Source of the DNA: Clostridia bacterium
GTDB lineage: Bacteria > Bacillota > Clostridia > UMGS1883 > UMGS1540
Direction of reading: 5' to 3'
Assembly (NCBI GenBank): GCA_017450025.1
Contig: JAFSYJ010000039.1
Location: 24,681-88,680 of the forward strand
Length of the DNA stretch: 64,000 nt
The translations under genes and the position numbers were made by a program. This document shows positions 58,251 through 64,000 of the stretch, piece by piece (position 1 is the first letter of the stretch; every line of letters begins with the position of its first letter). Under the pieces are notes generated by a model. It was not told the DNA's origin. It saw nothing but the letters and a program-made list of their open reading frames with translations, and searched no databases.

Positions 58251-58376
58251 AAGGCATACTCCTAACTGAAAAAAAATATATATAATATATTATAGTATTT
58301 TTGAACTTATATGTCAATCCCCAAATTTGTCACAATTTGTCAGTTTTGACAATATAATGTTTGTGGGGGTGAAAAC

Positions 58377-58589
58377 ATGCTTGTTATTTTACCGAGCATC
58401 ACAACGGCTATAAGAGTACAAAAAATATTAGCTGCAAAAGGTATAGAAAGTCAGCGTATTCACAGCACTAAAAGTCCCGAAATCCCACAATGCGGACATG
58501 GGCTTAAAATCGCGCCCGAAAATTTAGACGCGGTGCGTGACGCCGTAAGCAAAACCGGCTCTAAAATAAAAGCCGTTGTAAAGCTATGA
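58377..58589 (+). CDS. Small DUF3343-like protein (putative sulfur/selenium-carrier-like partner of cysteine desulfurase)
   Basis: 70 aa with a conserved Cys (PQCGHG). Translationally coupled (ATGA overlap) to the downstream class V aminotransferase. GGGGGTGA RBS. Confidence 0.5.
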   Translation: MLVILPSITTAIRVQKILAAKGIESQRIHSTKSPEIPQCGHGLKIAPENLDAVRDAVSKTGSKIKAVVKL

Positions 58590-59728
58590 TTAGAACAATT
58601 TATTTGGACAATGCGGCTACATCTTTCCCAAAGCCGCAGTCTGTCGAAAAAGCTGCGGCAAGGTGTATGGCGGGCTACTGCGTAAACGCCGGCAGGTCAA
58701 GTCACCGCCTCAGCCGTATGGCAGACGAAAAAATATTCACCGCCCGTGAGGAACTGTGCTCCCTTTTCGGGATAAACACTCCTGAGCAAATTTCGTTCAC
58801 TTATAACACGACATACGCGCTAAATATCGGTATGAAGGGCGTTTTGAAAAGGGGCGACCATTTAATAATTTCTTCTATGGAGCACAACAGCGTCCTTCGC
58901 CCTGCCGTTTCGCTGTCGTCAGCAGGTGTGGAACTAAGCATAGCTCAAGCCGATAAAAACGGTGAAATTGTGTGGAAAAATATTGCTCCTCTGATTAAGC
59001 CTAACACAAAAATGGTCGCGTTGATTCACGCGTCAAATGTTACGGGAAGGGTGAATAATATACGCGAAATAGGGCTTAATCTGCGTAAAAAAGGTATTAT
59101 TTTTCTTGTTGACGCGGCTCAATCTGCGGGAATAGTACCAATTAATGTCAAGTATGACTTTATTGATATTCTTTGTTTCCCGGGGCATAAGGGGCTTTTA
59201 GGTCCAAGCGGCACGGGCGGTATATATGTATCCGAAAAGGTGAATATCAAGCCTTATATTCAGGGCGGCACAGGCAGTATGAGCGAGAGCCGTTTTCAAC
59301 CCGATTTTATGCCCGATATGCTCGAATCAGGAACTCCTAATGTGTGCGGAATAGCGGCTCTGTCGGAAGGCGTAAAGTTTGTGCGTAATAATATAAAAGA
59401 AATCGCGGAACACGAAAGCACGCTGGCAGACGAACTTGCCGAAAAGCTGGCAACACTCAAGGGCGTGCGTCTTTTGGGCAGGGGCGGCGGCAAAAACACG
59501 GGTATAGTCGGTATAGCTCTTGACGGCATACCTCCTGCGGAAGCGGCGTATTATCTTGACCGCGACTACGGAATTGCGACGCGTGCAGGATTTCATTGTT
59601 CTTCACTTGCCGCCAAGACTCTTGAGACAGAAAAAGACGGCTCTTTGAGGTTTTCCTTCGGTCCTTTTAATAAAAGGCAGGATGTTGAAAAGGCGTCTGT
59701 GGCTATGATGAATATTTTAAGCCGTTAA
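58586..59728 (+). CDS. Cysteine desulfurase family protein (aminotransferase class V, CsdA/selenocysteine-lyase-like)
   Basis: PLP-fold motifs: N-terminal YLDNAATSFP, PLP-lysine region FPGHKGLLGPSGTG, and a catalytic Cys in GFHCSS. Confidence 0.85.
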   Translation: MIRTIYLDNAATSFPKPQSVEKAAARCMAGYCVNAGRSSHRLSRMADEKIFTAREELCSLFGINTPEQISFTYNTTYALNIGMKGVLKRGDHLIISSMEHNSVLRPAVSLSSAGVELSIAQADKNGEIVWKNIAPLIKPNTKMVALIHASNVTGRVNNIREIGLNLRKKGIIFLVDAAQSAGIVPINVKYDFIDILCFPGHKGLLGPSGTGGIYVSEKVNIKPYIQGGTGSMSESRFQPDFMPDMLESGTPNVCGIAALSEGVKFVRNNIKEIAEHESTLADELAEKLATLKGVRLLGRGGGKNTGIVGIALDGIPPAEAAYYLDRDYGIATRAGFHCSSLAAKTLETEKDGSLRFSFGPFNKRQDVEKASVAMMNILSR

Positions 59729-59763
59729 ATAACTTATCATTATCTTTATTTTTAGCGAAAGAC

Positions 59764-59799
59764 AAGAAAAGCCGAGATAACTCGGCTTTTCTTGCTTTG
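59764..59799 (+). terminator. Terminator after the cysteine desulfurase operon
   Basis: AAGAAAAGCCGAG-ataa-CTCGGCTTTTCTT. Confidence 0.5.
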
Positions 59800-60012
59800 T
59801 AGTATTGTATTGATAAACGGAGGTCATTGCCTCGCAATGACAACTTATTTTACACATTTATTATATCCTTAATTGTCAAATTTGTCAATAATTATTGTGC
59901 TATATTTTTAAAATTTTTGCAGCGCACTTTGTAATCAAAAATAAGCATATTACATATTTATAGTATAAGATTACTATTTATGCCGTTTTATAGCGGCGGA
60001 ACGGAGATTTTT

Positions 60013-60291
60013 ATGCGTGTTGAAGAATTAAAGCAAAGAGAAGTTATAAATATTTCCGACGGAAAAAGGCTTGGCTTTATAAGTGATCTGGAAATTGAAA
60101 AAGATACCGTAACAGCAGTTATCTTGCCGTATTCAAGGCAATTTTCGCTTATCGGAAAAGCCGAGGAGTTTGCAATTCCGTGGGATAGGATTGTAAGGCT
60201 CGGCGACGACACCCTTTTGGTTGATTTTGAAATCCCTCCTGCTCCGTCTCAGCAGAAAAGAGAACACAGGAACAGAAAGGCAAAATTATGA
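60013..60291 (+). CDS. YlmC/YmxH family PRC-barrel protein (sporulation-associated)
   Basis: MRVEELKQREVINISDGKRLGFISDLEIEKDT...ILP matches the YlmC/YmxH consensus. Start at the ATG at 60013 after GGAG. Its stop overlaps the feoB ATG (ATGA). Confidence 0.7.
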   Translation: MRVEELKQREVINISDGKRLGFISDLEIEKDTVTAVILPYSRQFSLIGKAEEFAIPWDRIVRLGDDTLLVDFEIPPAPSQQKREHRNRKAKL

Positions 60292-62090
60292 AAAAGATAA
60301 CTATTGCATTTGCCGGAAACCCGAATGTCGGCAAAAGTACGGTTTTTAATTATTTGACAGGACTTCGTCAGCACACGGGAAATTGGTCGGGCAAGACAGT
60401 AGAGCTTGCATACGGCAGTACGCAAAGGGGCGGCACGGAATTCGAGCTTGTTGATTTGCCGGGCTGCTATTCGCTTATTTCGGGCAGAGCGGAGGAAGAG
60501 ACCGCGAGGGAGTTTATTCTTTCGGGCAGTGCCGATGCCGTGTGCGTTATCTGTGATGCCACCTGTCTTGAAAGAAACCTCAGTCTCGTTTTGCAAATTC
60601 TGCATATGACAAAAAAAGTAATCGTGTGCGTAAATCTTATGGATGAGGCTGAAAGAAAAGGAATAAATATCGATACCGTTCTTTTATCGGAAAAACTTGG
60701 CGTTCCTGTTATATGTACATCGGCAAATCAAGGAACGGGTATCGATGCAATTCTCGACATAGCGGAAAACGGTGAGTTTGAAGATTGTGATTTTGTAAAT
60801 AACGGATTTAATGACGAAATCGCCGTAGAAATACTTAAAAAAAGCGAAGAAATAGCGTCTGCAGTCGTTCAAAAGACGGATAAAGCCGATATATCACGGT
60901 GGGACAAAATTTTAACAAGCCGCGCGCTCGGTTATCCTGTTATGCTTGTTCTTTTGGCGTTTATACTGTGGATTACAATAAGCGGTGCAAACTATCCGTC
61001 TGATATTTTAAGCCGCGCTTTTTTCTTTTTTGAAGATAAACTTGCAAATTGGGTTGGAGGCACATTTTTTGCAGATATGCTGATACACGGATTGTACCGC
61101 GTTATGACTTGGGTCGTGTCGGTTATGCTCCCTCCTATGGCTATATTTTTCCCGCTTTTTACACTTTTGGAGGACTTGGGCTATCTGCCAAGGGTGGCGT
61201 TTAACCTTGACAGCACGCTCAAAAAATGTCACGCCTGCGGAAAGCAGGCACTTACGATGTGTATGGGATTCGGTTGTAATGCCGTAGGCGTGAGCGGAAC
61301 AAAAATTATTGATTCACCGCGTGAGAGGCTTATTGCGATTATAACGAATAATTTTGTGCCTTGCAACGGGAGATTCCCTACGCTTATTTCAATTATAGCA
61401 ATGTTTTTTATAGCAGGTGCGTACCCTTTTGCAAAGGGCGCGTTATCGGCGCTTTTGCTGACGGCTGTAATACTTTTAGGGATAGCTATGACATTTGCCG
61501 TGTCGTGGGTCTTGTCAAAAACATTTTTAAAAGGCAAAGCAAGCTCCGTTATAATCGAACTGCCACCGTTCCGCAAGCCGCAAATCGGCAAGGTGATTAT
61601 ACGCAGTCTGTTTGACAGAACGGTGTTCGTTCTGGGCAGGGCTGTTGCAGTTGCCGCGCCTACGGGAATTGTCATATATTTGCTCGCTAATATTATTGTC
61701 GGTGATATGTCGGTTTTGACACACATATCGCATTTTTTAGACCCTTTTGCAAGGATTTTCGGTCTTGACGGCGTGATTTTAATGGCGTTTATTTTAGGGC
61801 TGCCCGCAAACGAAATCGTTGTACCGATTATAATAATGACCTATACGGCTTCGACGCAAATTACTGATTTATCATCGCTGTCGGCAATGCACTCGCTATT
61901 TTTGCAAAACGGCTGGACAATTAAAACGGCTGTATGTACGATGATTTTTTGCCTTATGCATTGGCCTTGTTCAACAACTCTATTAACAATCAAAAAAGAA
62001 ACAAAAAGCATAAAATGGACAGCTCTGTCGTTTGCTCTGCCGACAGTTTGCGGTCTCGCCGTTTGCTTTTTAATAAATTTGATTTTTTAA
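60288..62090 (+). CDS. feoB: Ferrous iron transport protein B
   Basis: N-terminal G-domain (GNPNVGKST, DLPG) plus polytopic permease domains. 600 aa. Confidence 0.9.
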   Translation: MKKITIAFAGNPNVGKSTVFNYLTGLRQHTGNWSGKTVELAYGSTQRGGTEFELVDLPGCYSLISGRAEEETAREFILSGSADAVCVICDATCLERNLSLVLQILHMTKKVIVCVNLMDEAERKGINIDTVLLSEKLGVPVICTSANQGTGIDAILDIAENGEFEDCDFVNNGFNDEIAVEILKKSEEIASAVVQKTDKADISRWDKILTSRALGYPVMLVLLAFILWITISGANYPSDILSRAFFFFEDKLANWVGGTFFADMLIHGLYRVMTWVVSVMLPPMAIFFPLFTLLEDLGYLPRVAFNLDSTLKKCHACGKQALTMCMGFGCNAVGVSGTKIIDSPRERLIAIITNNFVPCNGRFPTLISIIAMFFIAGAYPFAKGALSALLLTAVILLGIAMTFAVSWVLSKTFLKGKASSVIIELPPFRKPQIGKVIIRSLFDRTVFVLGRAVAVAAPTGIVIYLLANIIVGDMSVLTHISHFLDPFARIFGLDGVILMAFILGLPANEIVVPIIIMTYTASTQITDLSSLSAMHSLFLQNGWTIKTAVCTMIFCLMHWPCSTTLLTIKKETKSIKWTALSFALPTVCGLAVCFLINLIF

Positions 62091-62100
62091 TAAATATTAA

Positions 62101-62148
62101 AGGGCAGCAGCAAAACGGTTTTTTGTCGTTTTGCTGCTGCCCTATTTT
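62101..62148. terminator. Bidirectional terminator between feoB and glgP
   Basis: 17-bp perfect stem AGGGCAGCAGCAAAACG/CGTTTTGCTGCTGCCCT with T-rich flanks. Confidence 0.6.
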
Positions 62149-62157
62149 GCTATCCAA

Positions 62158-64000
62158 TTATAAATTCCAGATGTTTTCTGCGTATTCTCTTACGGCTCTG
62201 TCTGCCGAGAAAATACCTGCTTTTGCAATATTGACAAGAGACATTTTTGTAAACCGCTCTTTGTCTTTGTATGTCTCCGAAACTCTCTGCTGAGCTGCCG
62301 AATAAGCTTCAAAATCGGCAAGCGTCATATACACATCGGCGGTACCGTTGTAATTTGTTATAAGTGATTTTGCTATGTCGTCAAAGCGAACACCGAGTTC
62401 ATTTGAGGTCAGCATATTGACAACCGCCGCAAGGTCAGGGTTGCGCCTGTAATATTCTATCGGTGAGTAACCCTGCCTCCAAAGCTGTTCAACCTCTGGT
62501 GCTTTAAGTCCGAACAGGAATATATTGTCATCGCCGACCTGTTCATATATTTCAACATTTGCGCCGTCAAGAGTGCCTATCGTAACAGCGCCGTTTATCA
62601 TAAGCTTCATATTACCCGTACCGGAAGCCTCTTTGCCCGCTATTGAAATCTGCTCGGATATTTCAGCCGCAGGGATTATGATTTCCGCAAGCGAAACCTT
62701 GTAATCTTCAATAAATACTATCTTTATTTTATCTCTGACATCAGGGTCGGAGTTTACCATATTTGCGGCGGCGTGGATAAGGCGTATAATCTGCTTTGCC
62801 ATTACATAGCCTGCCGATGCCTTTGCGGCAAATATGAATGTTCTCGGCGGAATATCCAAATTGGGATTTTGCTTTATTTTGTTATACATATCCAAAATCT
62901 GAAGTACATTCAAAAGCTGTCTCTTGTATTCGTGCAGCCTCTTTATCTGAACATCAAATATTGAATCCGGGTCAACATTTATACCGTTTGCCTTAACGAT
63001 ATATTCTGCAAGCTTTTCTTTGTTCTTTTTCTTTATAACGCGGAGTTTTTCCAAAACATCTTTGTCGTCTTTGTATTTCAAAAGCTTTTCAAGCTCGCGT
63101 GAATCCGTTTTAAATCCCTCGCCGATAAGTTCAGACAAAAGTGATGTCAAAAGCGGATTTGACTGGCAAAGCCAGCGGCGGTAAGCGATACCGTTTGTGA
63201 CATTAGTAAACTTTTCGGGCTCGATATTATAATAATCCCTGAAGATACTGCGGCAAAGAATATCGCTGTGCAATTTGGAAACGCCGTTCACCTTGTGGCA
63301 GCACGCAAGGCAAAGATTAGCCATTCTGATTTCGCCGTTTGCGATGACAGACATATATTCTATCTTGGGAATATCCCCTGCATAAACTGAATTCAACTGT
63401 GCAAAAAGACGACGGTTTATTTCACATACTATCTGATAAACTCTGGGCATGATCTCTTTAAAAAGATTTTCGTTCCAGCGTTCAAGTGCTTCACTCATAA
63501 CGGTATGGTTAGTGTAAGAAAGCGTTTGTGTTGTGATGTTCCAGGCGTCGTCCCAGCCGTAATTGTAATCGTCCATAAGTATTCTCATAAGCTCGGGAAC
63601 ACAAAGCGCAGGGTGGGTGTCGTTTATATGAACAGATACTTTATCAGCGAGATTGTCAAGTGTTTTATATTTTTTGATATGGTTGTTCACGATTGTCTGC
63701 AAAGAAGCAGATACAAGCAGATACTGCTGGCGCAGACGAAGCCTTTTGCCGTCGATATGGTCGTCAGCGGGATAAAGGATTTTGGAGATTACCTCCGCCA
63801 TAGTATTGCCTTCCAGAGCCTTTACATACTCACCGCGTGAAAATGCCGTCATATCAAGGCTCTTTGGTGATTTTGCGCTCCACAAAACAAGCTTGTTTAC
63901 AGCGTTTGTATCGTAGCCCGAAATAAGCATATCATACGGAATTGCGACGACGGTGTCATAGTCCTGATGAATTGCTTTGTATCTTCCGTTTTCGTAGGTT
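62158..64000 (-). CDS. glgP: Glycogen/alpha-glucan phosphorylase; 5' end beyond the window
   Basis: PLP-lysine motif EASGTGNMK. The reading frame stays open upstream of the first in-window Met (...YENGRYKAIHQDYDTVVAIPYDM...), so the gene continues past 64000. Confidence 0.9.
   Translation of the reverse strand, partial: TYENGRYKAIHQDYDTVVAIPYDMLISGYDTNAVNKLVLWSAKSPKSLDMTAFSRGEYVKALEGNTMAEVISKILYPADDHIDGKRLRLRQQYLLVSASLQTIVNNHIKKYKTLDNLADKVSVHINDTHPALCVPELMRILMDDYNYGWDDAWNITTQTLSYTNHTVMSEALERWNENLFKEIMPRVYQIVCEINRRLFAQLNSVYAGDIPKIEYMSVIANGEIRMANLCLACCHKVNGVSKLHSDILCRSIFRDYYNIEPEKFTNVTNGIAYRRWLCQSNPLLTSLLSELIGEGFKTDSRELEKLLKYKDDKDVLEKLRVIKKKNKEKLAEYIVKANGINVDPDSIFDVQIKRLHEYKRQLLNVLQILDMYNKIKQNPNLDIPPRTFIFAAKASAGYVMAKQIIRLIHAAANMVNSDPDVRDKIKIVFIEDYKVSLAEIIIPAAEISEQISIAGKEASGTGNMKLMINGAVTIGTLDGANVEIYEQVGDDNIFLFGLKAPEVEQLWRQGYSPIEYYRRNPDLAAVVNMLTSNELGVRFDDIAKSLITNYNGTADVYMTLADFEAYSAAQQRVSETYKDKERFTKMSLVNIAKAGIFSADRAVREYAENIWNL

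Overview
The window reads as a low-GC Firmicutes chromosome of the class Clostridia. The evidence is a dockerin-bearing leucine-rich-repeat protein, SLH-anchored surface proteins, the sporulation sigma factor SigH, the YlmC/YmxH sporulation protein, Rnf, a HydABC-type [FeFe]-hydrogenase and type III glutamine synthetase. Genes are densely packed on both strands.

Content in order along the window:
- **1-9.5 kb:** a surface-polysaccharide locus. It holds a Wzy-like polymerase (3' end off the window edge), a GT2, an initiating phosphotransferase split by an in-frame TAG, an FrhB-like Fe-S protein, a GT4, a Wzx flippase and a TagF-like glycerophosphotransferase.
- **9.5-17 kb:** five co-directional genes that build a phosphorelay-coupled c-di-GMP module. 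These are a hybrid histidine kinase, an Hpt protein, a REC-GGDEF(degenerate)-EAL protein, a sensor GGDEF cyclase and a REC-HD-GYP protein.
- **17.3-19.5 kb:** ugd plus a UDP-glucuronate 4-epimerase.
- **19.5-26.7 kb:** an ApbE / Gx-transporter / NusG-domain-II triad divergent from rnfC-(D+G fused)-E-A-B.
- **26.7-32.5 kb:** a YknXYZ/MacAB-like exporter co-transcribed with a 741-aa SLH protein.
- **32.7-34.7 kb:** groES and groEL behind a CIRCE operator.
- **35.3-39.5 kb:** hndA, hndC and hndD of the hydrogenase.
- **39.6-46.9 kb:** glnN, then carA followed by a carB ORF that runs without a stop into dapF.
- **47.1-51.8 kb:** an ABC-F ATPase and a three-module LRR-dockerin protein.
- **52-64 kb:** a zinc-ribbon protein, a tRNA-like remnant next to tRNA-Gly(CCC), sigH, a repeat-rich SLH protein, a HIT protein, alaS, a DUF3343-like gene with a cysteine desulfurase, ylmC-feoB, and glgP (5' end off the window edge).

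The most noteworthy observations are the two gene fusions, the split initiating transferase, the ApbE/Gx/NusG-II triad beside rnf, the c-di-GMP island sitting inside the polysaccharide locus, and the two repeat-rich surface proteins.
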